Source of the DNA: Candidatus Bathyarchaeota archaeon
Lineage (GTDB): Archaea; Thermoproteota; Bathyarchaeia; Bathyarchaeales; DTEX01
Assembly: GCA_963714275.1 (NCBI GenBank)
Contig: CAVQNT010000002.1
Coordinates: 704,001-768,000 of the forward strand
DNA: 64,000 nucleotides
Reading direction: 5' to 3'
How positions within the stretch are numbered: the stretch's first letter is position 1; the number at the start of each line of letters is the position of its first letter. The notes below the pieces were generated by a model. It was not told the origin of the DNA. It saw only the letters and a list, made by a program, of their open reading frames with translations, and did not search any database. Position numbers and translations under genes: made by a program. Of the stretch, positions 22,010 through 32,168 are shown piece by piece.

Positions 22010-23404
22010 TTGAGCGTCCTCCAATGTGTCAAATGTGGAAACCTTGCTGAGCCTTATCCGCCTAAAAACAGGTGCCCAAAGTGTGGTGAACTATACGAGT
22101 ACAAAGTTGACCTCAGCAAGCTCAAAACCGCGGATTCCACAGAGAGCTTCACCTTCTGGCGCTATCGGAACTTTCTTCCTGAAGTAAAAAACCAAGCAAC
22201 GATGCATGAAGGCGGAACCCCCCTTTACAGAGCTGAACGCTTAGCTCGACAGATGGGCTTGACCCAACTTTACTTGAAGGACGAGACCCGCAACCCAACC
22301 AACTCTTTTCGGGACAGGGGCGCAGCGCTCATGGTTTCAAACATTCTCGATCTCAACCGCACGGTGGCTGCCTGTGCAAGCAACGGAAACATGGGCGCCT
22401 CTTTGGCTGCTTACTGCGCAAAATATGGTGTAACCTGTCACCTCGTGATTCCGAAGCTCGTTGACATGGGAAAACTGGCTCAAATGCTGGTGTACGACGC
22501 AGTGATTGAGGAGCATGGCGAAACCGTAGATGAGTCCATTAAACGAGCAGAAAAACTGGCTCAAGAAACAGGCTGGTACCAAGTTACGCCGGAGCTGAAC
22601 CCCCTCGTCATAGAGGCACAAAAGACAATAGCGTTCGAGGTAGCTGAACAATATGGAGTTCCCGACTGGTTCATCGTTTCCATGGGAAGCGGCGGAACCC
22701 TCTATTCTGTGTGGAAAGGATTCACGGAGCTTTACGAACTTGGTAAGGTTGACAGGATTCCTCGAATCGTAGGCGTCCAAGCAGAAGGGTGCTCACCCAT
22801 AGTCGACACGTTCTACGAAATAAAGAAAGAAAGCCTGAAACCGACTACGCACGCAATCGGAATCCTCTTCGCTGAACCCGTTCACAAAGACCTTGCAGTA
22901 AAATCTATAAGAGAATCAAAGGGTCTAGCTGTTTCAATATCGGACCAAGAAATTTTTTTAGCTGAACAACAAATAGTGAGGCTGGAAGGTCTGTTCGCTG
23001 AACCAGCGAGTTCAGGTACAATTGCAGCGTTAAACAAGCTCAGAGCTGAAGAAGCCATAGGTAAGGACGAGTCTGTCGTCTGCTTGATTACTGGAAGCGG
23101 ACTGAAAGCTACGGATGTTCTACAGGCGCTTTCAAAGAAGCGGAAGTCCGCGATAGTCGGCGCTGAGTTCAGCACAAAAGAGAAACTGTTGCGTACTTTA
23201 GACAAGCAGGATAGGTACGGCTACGAGTTGTGGAAGGAACTTGGTAAAACGATGACTCGGTCTGCTATATATCAACATTTGAACGAGATGCGTAACCGGG
23301 GTCTCCTTTCCTCTCATGTGAGAAGGGGGAAAAGGTACTTCGCAATTACCGAAAGAGGAAAAAGGATACTGAAAGCCATTGACGACGTAAAAACCTTACT
23401 TTGA
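22010..23404 (+). CDS. Threonine-synthase-like protein lacking the PLP lysine, fused to a C-terminal PadR-like wHTH
   Basis: ThrC fold motifs throughout but NPTNSFRDRG (R101, codon CGG at 22310). C-terminus LDKQDRYGYELWKEL...IYQHLNEMRNRGLL...RYFAITERGK. Confidence 0.85.
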   Translation: MSVLQCVKCGNLAEPYPPKNRCPKCGELYEYKVDLSKLKTADSTESFTFWRYRNFLPEVKNQATMHEGGTPLYRAERLARQMGLTQLYLKDETRNPTNSFRDRGAALMVSNILDLNRTVAACASNGNMGASLAAYCAKYGVTCHLVIPKLVDMGKLAQMLVYDAVIEEHGETVDESIKRAEKLAQETGWYQVTPELNPLVIEAQKTIAFEVAEQYGVPDWFIVSMGSGGTLYSVWKGFTELYELGKVDRIPRIVGVQAEGCSPIVDTFYEIKKESLKPTTHAIGILFAEPVHKDLAVKSIRESKGLAVSISDQEIFLAEQQIVRLEGLFAEPASSGTIAALNKLRAEEAIGKDESVVCLITGSGLKATDVLQALSKKRKSAIVGAEFSTKEKLLRTLDKQDRYGYELWKELGKTMTRSAIYQHLNEMRNRGLLSSHVRRGKRYFAITERGKRILKAIDDVKTLL

Positions 23405-23434
23405 TAATCAGAACGGATTCTAACAATTCTATTT

Positions 23435-24707
23435 TTATTTTAAGTTGTAAAGGCTTCGAGGGTTACGGTTCAACAGGTCAACAGCTGAATTCTTTGGCGA
23501 ACTCCATGGTAATGTACCCATCATACACCATTTCAGAGAGAACTGTTGCCACCTGCAGCCTCACCATTCTGGACTTAGCGTAGCTCCATTCAACAACGTA
23601 GGCGTCGCTGAAGAAACCGTTCGACTTGTTTCTAGGCAACATTTGAAGCCTTTCTTGTAGGAATTGTTTGATGAACGTCGGATAGAAGGTGTACCACCAG
23701 TATCCCGAAACATGGACATTCGGGTAATTTTTTGCAACCACAGCCAGTTGATGCGAAAGCAGCGGAGTCGTCGTGAAAACATCAAACTTCAACCCACTAA
23801 ACTCGCTGAACAACGGACAAAGAGACGAAACCGTGAAGCTTTCAAACCCCGTAATAGCGTAATCAGAAGGAGCAGCCCCTACAACAGGTCTTTTAGCTCC
23901 GAGCATGACCTGAAAAACGAAACCCGACTTCTCTGCAAGGCTGAGAGCCAACCGAAGAGCAAATGAAGAAAGTGTCTGTTTTTCTTTTGGAGTTAACTTG
24001 CTGTCTCCTAGAAGGTTCTTGAAAGCCTTTTCAGACTCAAGTCTAGTTGGGTTTACAAAAGAGTCTTCAGGTTGAAAACTTACGGTTGCAGTGACGCAAC
24101 TTGCAAACATTTTAAAAATACGATTAAGAGAGTCCGAGAAATCGTCAAGAGACTTTATGGAATTGCTGGTTGCCTTTTCTAAACTTTCCATGCTGGTTTT
24201 GTTCAGATTGCTGATTAACGGATCAAGCCTAAGAGCACCCGCGAAAAATTCAGGGTCAAACTGTGGCTCCGCTTCATCGTATCTAAGGGTTAAAAAGGTT
24301 TTCTCGATCTTAGCTTTCTCGCCTAAGACCCATTTGTACCTTTCAGCCTGTTTTGATCCTTCATAAATTGCATCTAGGAGCCCATTTAAGTTTTTTGTGT
24401 TGATTTCGTCATGTTCGAAGCTGTAAGCTCCTTCAGCATTCTAATGAAGTACCAGTATGTTGAAGTGTTTTTAATCAGTTGCAGAAACGGCACAGCGTTC
24501 TTTATGGCGTCTTCAACAGGCAGCTTGGGAGAAATGAGCTCAAGCGGCATACCCGCTGATCTGAGCTCCGTGGCAATGTAATGGTAGAAGAGAATGTCCC
24601 GAGAGGTTCGGGCGTGAGGGTGGGAAGCATCTATATGGGAGTGAATGTCAATCATCGGAATGGTGTCAACAAACTTGCTCAGTTCTGAGAAAAGCCTTTT
24701 TTTGCAT
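23435..24707 (-). CDS. uxaC: Uronate (glucuronate) isomerase family, amidohydrolase fold, several frameshifts
   Basis: MIDIHSHI, ILFYHYIATEL, YPNVHVSGYWWY, FFSDAYVVEWSYAK spread over fragments 24386-24655 and 23478-24191. Confidence 0.7.
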
Positions 24708-24870
24708 GACTGTGATCTCCTTGCTCTTTATACAACATTCTCTTTCCTTATAGAGTGATAAATCTGTATGCCTCTGGTTTTATGAATACCGATTTCGACT
24801 TGTTGAGCTTCCGTAAATCTTTTATTTTGAAATAGAAAAATAGTAAAGTTATAACTAAACTATTTGAGGT

Positions 24871-25629
24871 ATGGTCATGCTTCAGAAAAAAACTCTGTCA
24901 CCGCTCACTTTAGCAGTCACAGCCATATTCACAACTTTCGTGTGCGTGGCAACCATGGTTTTTTCGATTTATGTTCCATCAACCGAGGGCTTTTTCAACA
25001 TAGGCGAATCAATGGTCTTTCTCTCAGCCCTCCTGTTCGGTCCATATGTTGGAGCTTTCGCAGGAGGCGTAGGATCAATGCTGGCAGACATACTGTTAGG
25101 CTATTCGTACTATGCGCCTGCAACCCTCATCATTAAGGCTTGTGAAGGATACGTTGTTGGCCTCATAAAGAGAAATAATCCCCGATTTCTATCAATGGCT
25201 CACTGGAAACTGCTCACGTTGTTTCTCGGATTAATCGCAGGCGGGGTGCTCTCGACTGTTGGCATCATCTATTACAGTGGAACAATAGAGTTAACTTTAG
25301 GAGCAACAATTTATTCACTTTTTATACCACAGGAACTCTGGATAGTCCTCGGAGCCCTAGTAACCCTATTTATAGCCGTGATTGGGTTTGCTGCAGAACC
25401 GGAGTTCGGCTGGACCGTTTTCTCCGTTGTAAGCGGCGGACTTGTCATGGTGCTGGGATATTTCCTCTACCAGATGTTCTTTATCGGCTGGCTTTTCAAT
25501 ATTCCAGTGGTCGCAATAGCAGAGGTTCCCTTCAACATTGGGCAAATGATCATAGGGGCTATGGTGGCTCTTCCTTCCGCAAGGGTCGTCTGGCGTGCAT
25601 TTCCTTCTTTGAAACAAACATCAGCATAA
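24871..25629 (+). CDS. ECF transporter S component
   Basis: YVPSTEGFFNIGE, GGVGSMLADILLGYSYYAPATLIIK, PFNIGQ. Confidence 0.85.
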   Translation: MVMLQKKTLSPLTLAVTAIFTTFVCVATMVFSIYVPSTEGFFNIGESMVFLSALLFGPYVGAFAGGVGSMLADILLGYSYYAPATLIIKACEGYVVGLIKRNNPRFLSMAHWKLLTLFLGLIAGGVLSTVGIIYYSGTIELTLGATIYSLFIPQELWIVLGALVTLFIAVIGFAAEPEFGWTVFSVVSGGLVMVLGYFLYQMFFIGWLFNIPVVAIAEVPFNIGQMIIGAMVALPSARVVWRAFPSLKQTSA

Positions 25630-25736
25630 GCAGTTCATTCAATAATTACGGTGAGACTGCATCCGAAGTCTGACAAGACTTTTATTGACATTTTTCTGTT
25701 AAAATGCTTTTTATTATTGTTCTTCTTTTGTAATAT

Positions 25737-27185
25737 ATGGATAAAATGCATGAGCATTGTGGAGTAATTGGGGTATTCTCGCTCGGTGAACACAACGTAG
25801 TTTCTATGCTTCTTTCGGGCTTAGAGGCTCTTCAACACCGAGGGCAAGAAACTTGGGGCATAGCCGTTCCGAACCTACATTCTTTCAAAAGAGCCGGAGT
25901 GGTTTCTCAATTAATGGGAAAAAAGCCGAAGGCTCTCACCGGACTCGTGGGGAATGTTGGGATAGGTCATGTAAGATATTCAACCACTGCCAAATCGATA
26001 CTGCGAAATGCGCATCCGCTGCAAATAGGCGAAAAAGGAGACAAAAACAGTTTCCGAATAGCGCACAACGGAACTCTGGAAAGGGAACTTCTCATTGACG
26101 GCTTAAAGGAAACTGGAGTCCAAGCTCCTAGCGAGTTGACTGACACAGAGCTTATGGGAATGGGGCTTTACCAAAACCTGAGGAAAGGGAAAACTTGGAC
26201 CGAAGCATTCGAATCTTTGAATCCCTATCTGAATGGTTCATTTTCAACAATAATCTTAACTGAAAAGGGAGAACTTGTTGCTGCGAGGGATGAAAAAGGG
26301 TTCAGACCGCTCTGTCTCGGTTGGCATTGGGAAACAAGCTCTCACGTAATAGCTTCAGAAGTCTGCGCCTTAGATACTCTTAATGCTCGTCTCATTAGGG
26401 ACATTCAACCCGGTGAAATCCTAAGGATAAACAGGGAAGGTGTGGCAAGCGACCGATTTTCTGACCAAAAGGAACATGCCCATTGCCCGTTCGAGTATAC
26501 CTATTTTGCTCATCCAACCTCACGAATAGAGGGAATAAACGTTTATACGGCTAGAAAAACCATTGGTCGAATTTTGGCTGAAAAATATTCTTTTGATGCG
26601 GACATTGTTGTACCTGTACCGGATTCAGCCAGACCTGCTGCTTTGGGTTATTCTGAAAGATCAGGCATTTCCTTTGAAGAGGGATTGATGAAGGATCGAT
26701 ACAGAAGAAAAGGGAGCTGGCGAAGCTTCATCGAGCCAAAGAAGCGGGAAGAAGTTGTCTCTAATATTATATCAATCGATGAAGTTGTGAATGGCAAAAG
26801 GCTTGTTCTCGTAGATGACAGCATCGTCAGAGGTACAAGCTCCAGAATAATCGTTGGCAAGAAGCTTCGAAGCGCAAAGGAAGTTTCTTTACTTCTCACT
26901 TTTCCGCCAATAATCTACCCATGCTACATGGGAATAGACTTTCCAACTCAAAAAGAACTTCTCGCCTACAGGATTTCGGGGACTACTAAGAACCTGGAAG
27001 AGATTAACAGCGCAGTCGCAAAACATATTGGTGTACATTTCATAGGCTACAATGATGCGAATGGTCTAAGTAAGGGCATAGGAATGCCAAAAAGTGAATT
27101 GTGCCTGTCCTGTACAAATGGAAACTACGACTGCCTTAGACGCATGCCCGAATTCAAAACTAGGAACGAAATGAAATGCCAGTGA
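25737..27185 (+). CDS. purF: Amidophosphoribosyltransferase
   Basis: Propeptide then CGVIG; LQHRGQE, GHVRYST, AHNG, VPVPDS, VDDSIVRGT. Confidence 0.95.
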   Translation: MDKMHEHCGVIGVFSLGEHNVVSMLLSGLEALQHRGQETWGIAVPNLHSFKRAGVVSQLMGKKPKALTGLVGNVGIGHVRYSTTAKSILRNAHPLQIGEKGDKNSFRIAHNGTLERELLIDGLKETGVQAPSELTDTELMGMGLYQNLRKGKTWTEAFESLNPYLNGSFSTIILTEKGELVAARDEKGFRPLCLGWHWETSSHVIASEVCALDTLNARLIRDIQPGEILRINREGVASDRFSDQKEHAHCPFEYTYFAHPTSRIEGINVYTARKTIGRILAEKYSFDADIVVPVPDSARPAALGYSERSGISFEEGLMKDRYRRKGSWRSFIEPKKREEVVSNIISIDEVVNGKRLVLVDDSIVRGTSSRIIVGKKLRSAKEVSLLLTFPPIIYPCYMGIDFPTQKELLAYRISGTTKNLEEINSAVAKHIGVHFIGYNDANGLSKGIGMPKSELCLSCTNGNYDCLRRMPEFKTRNEMKCQ

Positions 27186-28732
27186 AAGAAGGGCTTGACG
27201 CAATATTAGTATTAGACTTTGGGGGACAATATTGTCATCTCATAACCCGTAGAATTAGGGAGTTCAATGTATATTCTGAGATAGTTCCATTCGACATCAC
27301 CCTCGAAGAGTTAGAAACGATCAGAAAAAGGGTCAGTGCCAAAGGACTCATTTTATCAGGCGGTCCCTCAAGTGTTTACGAACAAGACGCCCCAACCATC
27401 GATCCTCTCGTCCTTAACATGGGCATTCCAGTTTTGGGTCTATGTTACGGTCATCAACTGATAGCCTATTTGACCAGCGGAAAAGTTAAACAAGGACCAA
27501 AACAGGAATATGGCATAACATACGTAACCATAACCAAACCGGTAGGTGTTCTCGAAGACCTAGACCGTAAGGAAAAGGTTTGGATGAGCCACGGTGACAC
27601 TGTACAAAAATTGGCTGACAACTATGAGATTTTGGCTTACACAGAGAACTGCCCTGTTGCCGCATTCAGGCATAAACAAAAGCCCATCTACGGTTTGCAG
27701 TGGCACCCTGAGGTTGTACATACTGAACACGGCAACATGATGTTGAGGAACTTTGTCTTCAAAGTTTGCGGGTGCCAACCGAATTGGAAGCCTTCTTCTA
27801 TTGTGGATGAACAAGTAAACGAGTTGAAAAGAACCGTAGGCAGTGGCAAAGCCATCGTTGCTTTAAGCGGAGGCATAGACTCCAGCACAGCTGCCATCAT
27901 CGCCTCAAGGGCTTTAGGACAGAACTTAATCGCTGTGTTTGTCGATCACGGATTTATGAGGGAAGGGGAACCTGAGTTTGTCGAGGAGACCTTTGGGAAA
28001 CTCGGCGTCAAAGTTATAGTAGCAAATGCAAGCGACAGATTCTTTCGGAAGCTGAAAGGCGTGGTTGAGCCTGAGGAGAAACGGCGAATCATCGGAAATG
28101 AGTTCATAAGAGTCTTCGAGGAAGAAGCGAGAAGAACAGGCGCAGAATTTCTTATTCAAGGCACCATTTACCCTGACAGAATAGAGTCTGGAATCAGAAA
28201 GCACTCGGACAAAATCAAAAGCCACCATAATGTTGCTGGTCTGCCAACAGACATAAGGTTCAAAGCCATCATTGAACCGCTGAAAGACCTCTATAAAGAC
28301 GAAGTGAGAAAGCTGGCGAAGACTCTTGGATTACCTGACAGCATAACTCATAGGCAGCCGTTTCCTGGACCTGGACTTGCGGTTCGTGTCATCGGCGAAG
28401 TTACTCCTGAAAAAGTTGAGCTTGTTAGGAAAGCGGAGAAAATCGTGTCAGAAGAGGTTGAGAAATCTGGACTCCAAGACGGGTTGTGGCAGTATTTTGC
28501 AGTTCTCACAGACACGAAGAGCACAGGCGTCAAAGGTGACTCCAGAGCATACGGTTATGTGGTGGCTGTGAGGATGGTTGAAAGCCGTGAAGCCATGACT
28601 GCGAGCTTCGCAAAGATTTCGTTCGATGTGCTAGAGCGAATTTCGACGAGGATAACGAACGAGCTGCCCTTGGTGACAAGAGTCGTCTATGACGTAACTC
28701 ACAAGCCACCAGCAACAATCGAGTGGGAGTAA
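27176..28732 (+). CDS. guaA: GMP synthase (glutamine-hydrolysing), fused two-domain form
   Basis: LDFGGQY, LGLCYGHQ, QWHPEV, ALSGGIDSS, KSHHNV, KPPATIEWE. Confidence 0.97.
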   Translation: MPVKEGLDAILVLDFGGQYCHLITRRIREFNVYSEIVPFDITLEELETIRKRVSAKGLILSGGPSSVYEQDAPTIDPLVLNMGIPVLGLCYGHQLIAYLTSGKVKQGPKQEYGITYVTITKPVGVLEDLDRKEKVWMSHGDTVQKLADNYEILAYTENCPVAAFRHKQKPIYGLQWHPEVVHTEHGNMMLRNFVFKVCGCQPNWKPSSIVDEQVNELKRTVGSGKAIVALSGGIDSSTAAIIASRALGQNLIAVFVDHGFMREGEPEFVEETFGKLGVKVIVANASDRFFRKLKGVVEPEEKRRIIGNEFIRVFEEEARRTGAEFLIQGTIYPDRIESGIRKHSDKIKSHHNVAGLPTDIRFKAIIEPLKDLYKDEVRKLAKTLGLPDSITHRQPFPGPGLAVRVIGEVTPEKVELVRKAEKIVSEEVEKSGLQDGLWQYFAVLTDTKSTGVKGDSRAYGYVVAVRMVESREAMTASFAKISFDVLERISTRITNELPLVTRVVYDVTHKPPATIEWE

Positions 28733-28817
28733 CCTGCTCATACTAGGTAATACAGAGGATTCAATGACTGTAATTGATAATAGCGGAAAATTTTAAATCT
28801 AAAAGGAACGAGACTTC

Positions 28818-30015
28818 ATGGAAGCCCAGAAAGAAGAACCAAAAACCGATGGGATGAAAAATATCTTCACTTTGGGTGTCGTAAGACTTCTTCACGGATG
28901 TCTCAAGTGAAATGGTCTTCAGCCTTCTGCCATTATTCGTGGTTGGACTTCCTGGGTCTGGAGCTGAGATTTTAGGCATAATTGAAGGTCTCGCTGAAGC
29001 TTTAAGCAACGGCATGAGGGCTGTCTCAGGCTTCTTCTCAGACAAGTTTAGAAAAAGAAAGACGATAGTGCTCATTGGTTATGCATTTTCAAATGCTGTT
29101 AAACCCTTATTCGCTGTTGCACAAACTGCGGTGGATGTTCTAGTTATACGTGTTGCTGACAGAATTGGGAAGGGAATCAGAACTTCGCCGCGAGACGCTC
29201 TTCTAAGCGAATCAATACCGGAAAACCGTAGAGGAACAGCTTTTGGTTTGCACAGAACCCTTGACCAGTCAGGCGCCATCATTGGACCGTTATTTGCCTC
29301 TTTTGCGTTGTACGTATTAGGTTTCAATATGCGGGATATTTTCTGGATTTCTTTCATTCCAGGTTTTATTGCTCTTGTCGTTTTGATAGTTTTTGTTCAG
29401 GAAAAAGTTAGGAAGCCATCAGGCGAATTCAAATTTCTAGCTGGAATGCACGATGTTTTTAAAGGGAGTTTTCCATTTCTGCTTTTTATTGTCGGCGTCT
29501 TTTCCTTGGGCGCTTTCAATTATTCGTTTATACTTCTTAACGCAAGTGAGGCTGGGATTGACTACCGCATAGTTCCAATCTTTTATACGTTGATAAACGT
29601 AACCCACACGCTCATAGCGATTCCATCTGGAATTCTGTCGGACAAGATAGGAAAAGAAAAAGTTCTCATGATAGGTTACGGAGCCTTTCTCATAACCGCT
29701 GTTTTTCTGTATCTCTTTCCTGCCCATTACCTTTTTGCATTTTTAATGGCGCTCATCTTCGGCATCTACGACGGAATCAACAACACTGTCGCCAGAGCCT
29801 TAGTTCCAAAATATGCAGCAAACGAATTTAGAGGAACCGTATATGGACTTTACTATCTTGTGGTTGGCTTATGTTTCTTAGTGGCAAACGTTATAGTGGG
29901 TGTATTATGGCAAACCATTGGTCCAGCAGCCTCAGCCACATACAGCATAATATTGTCAACTGCAGCAATAATCGGCATGATCTTATTCACAATCCGACAA
30001 AAAAATCAAACCTAA
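28818..30015 (+). CDS. MFS transporter, frameshift near 28884
   Basis: N-terminus ...NIFTLGVV/FFTDVSSEMVFSLLP; GFFSDKFRKRK, DRIGKGIRTSPRDAL, GILSDKIG. Confidence 0.9.
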
Positions 30016-30049
30016 GACACAGCGCAACCATCATATAAAGGCAATGTCT

Positions 30050-32029
30050 TCATTTTATTGAAACTTCATTGATTCCGTTTACTACTGCCCATTTTGATAT
30101 GAATCTTGAGTGAGTCGCATACCTTCGGTCCATAAGGTAGAAGTGGCACCAGTCGTCTCTGTGGCGGATTCCCCTTCCCATCGCCTGGTTCGCAGCTCTG
30201 AACGCATCCATCAGGTACCAGAGTTCTCCGAGGCGGGGCTTCTTTTTGTTAAAGTATTCAATCTGAACCTTCACCAGAGGGTCATGGTAGTCAGCGTAGG
30301 GAACCCCAACGTTGAAGATTCCCCGAGCCTCCTCGTAAGGGAAGTTTGAGCCCTCAGCGTTGCGTCCCCTGAACACGGCGAAAAGCACCGCGCCCTTTTC
30401 TGTCCTAGCAGTCTTCTTGTAGTTATCCACAATATGCGAATTCTGCGATGCGCGGGTTCCTTCAACAAAAACCTTCTTGCTTCCCATAAACAGGTTATTA
30501 CCGTGTCTTTTTATGAAACCCGTTTTTCGCCACAATTGAGCAGCTTCGTTCATGAGTCTTCTCTGAGGAAAGAAGATTAAAGCGCCGTTTGGCACTTTTT
30601 TCATGATTTTTGAGATTCGATCTCCGTACAATTCTAGCATCCCGGCGCTTCTTTCCTCGAACCTTGTCGTAACGGAAACGTCAACGTAGGTTCGGATGTT
30701 CTCAGGTTTCGCAATAGCAGAATACGTATGCGTTTTAGCATCGGAAAGTCCTAAAGTTTCCGTGAACAGGTCCAAAGGTGAAAGCGTACCTGACATAATC
30801 AACGAAGCGTAAGCCTCTTCTAAAACTGGTTTGAGAGCGAGAGTCGGATCCAAACAGCGGTATTCAGCCATGTTTCCTACATACGGTGATTTACGGAAAA
30901 TAACTGCGTAACTGTCTTGGTCGCTGGACTCCACCAAGGACAGGAAGCGCAGAAGCCCACTCAGGTAGCAGACAGGCGCTTCGCCTTGGGAAAGCTTGTG
31001 TTCCCTAACCTCGTTGACTGTCGGCGAAAATGTCTCAACATAAAACGAAAGTTCATCGCCTAACAGCTGCTTTAGGTCCAAGTGAAACTGGGAGCCTCGT
31101 ATTGGAGTATGTTCAATTAACGTGGTTTCCTCTAAATATGCGATTAACTGGTCAATAAATTTGTTAGGTAAACCTATTTGCTCGAGCTCCTTTTTCGCGT
31201 TTTTCAGTCCCTTTTCGGACAATGTGTCACTGAGCACTTCTTGACTGATCTTGTCCGCGTTATGTGCTTCGTCAAAAATAAGGACTTTGTCACTGATATC
31301 AAGTTTTACGGTTGCTCTTATCCTTTCGTTAAAGATATACTGGTACGGAGCCACAACCACCAAGCAGTCTTCAGCTGCCCGTCTGGAAAGAAAGTATGGG
31401 CAAAAATTTTTTGTTTTTCCGATCTTCAGCAGCTTCTTTATAGAGAGAACCATGGGAAGGGAGGATGGTAAGCTGTTAAACCTCGATTTGTAGAGACATT
31501 TCTTTGAGTCCCTCAGCAATCTGCAAGCTTCCACAGCGTCGTTTGAAGGCAATTTTCTGCAAACCTCGTTTAAACAAAGGTTTTGTCTGCTTGCTAATGC
31601 GACGGCTGAAAATTTCGTGTCAGATTTCTTGTTTATTTGTTCGACTTCACGGAGGACCTGCTTCACCTGTTCGTGGGTTCTCGTGGCATATATGACCTTT
31701 CGACCCAGTGGCAAACAACTTGACAATACACAAACAGTTTTTCCGAATCCGTTGCAGGCTTCAGCTACAAAAACTCCTCCTTGACTAAGAATCTTTGTGG
31801 CGTCCTGCATGAATGTCAGCTGCTGAGGGTAGGGAACGTAAGGAAACAACTGCATGAAATCTTCTTCCGAACCCATAGAACCATGTTCAGTCATGCTGTT
31901 TTTTTCAGTATTTATTGTCTTTACGTTTTGATGCACTAAAATCTGGCCGCATTGGCGACAGAAACGGTTCTCTTCGTACTCTTCTTTTGAATGTGACCGA
32001 CCACACTTGGAGCACACGTATGCCACCAA
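30050..32029 (-). CDS. xpd: XPD/Rad3-family Fe-S DNA helicase with an N-terminal zinc ribbon
   Basis: Q motif YPQQ, EACNGFGKT, Fe-S cysteines, DEAHN, MSGTL, NQAMGRGIRHRDD. Confidence 0.88.
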   Translation of the reverse strand: MVAYVCSKCGRSHSKEEYEENRFCRQCGQILVHQNVKTINTEKNSMTEHGSMGSEEDFMQLFPYVPYPQQLTFMQDATKILSQGGVFVAEACNGFGKTVCVLSSCLPLGRKVIYATRTHEQVKQVLREVEQINKKSDTKFSAVALASRQNLCLNEVCRKLPSNDAVEACRLLRDSKKCLYKSRFNSLPSSLPMVLSIKKLLKIGKTKNFCPYFLSRRAAEDCLVVVAPYQYIFNERIRATVKLDISDKVLIFDEAHNADKISQEVLSDTLSEKGLKNAKKELEQIGLPNKFIDQLIAYLEETTLIEHTPIRGSQFHLDLKQLLGDELSFYVETFSPTVNEVREHKLSQGEAPVCYLSGLLRFLSLVESSDQDSYAVIFRKSPYVGNMAEYRCLDPTLALKPVLEEAYASLIMSGTLSPLDLFTETLGLSDAKTHTYSAIAKPENIRTYVDVSVTTRFEERSAGMLELYGDRISKIMKKVPNGALIFFPQRRLMNEAAQLWRKTGFIKRHGNNLFMGSKKVFVEGTRASQNSHIVDNYKKTARTEKGAVLFAVFRGRNAEGSNFPYEEARGIFNVGVPYADYHDPLVKVQIEYFNKKKPRLGELWYLMDAFRAANQAMGRGIRHRDDWCHFYLMDRRYATHSRFISKWAVVNGINEVSIK

Positions 32030-32168
32030 AAACGGTTCCTCTCTTTACCATCAGTAAATTAAGGAAGGTAAATTATCTTTCTATTCGATTCTTTACGCTG
32101 GCGGTAAAACCCGAGGAATTAAGTTTTATTTATGCTGTGTTTTTTGTTTTTTGTTTTAGGTTCCCAAT

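Noticed and set aside
27176-28732. Fused guaA as a novelty
   Set aside because: Fused GMP synthase is the common form in bacteria and occurs in some archaea; not unusual enough to report.
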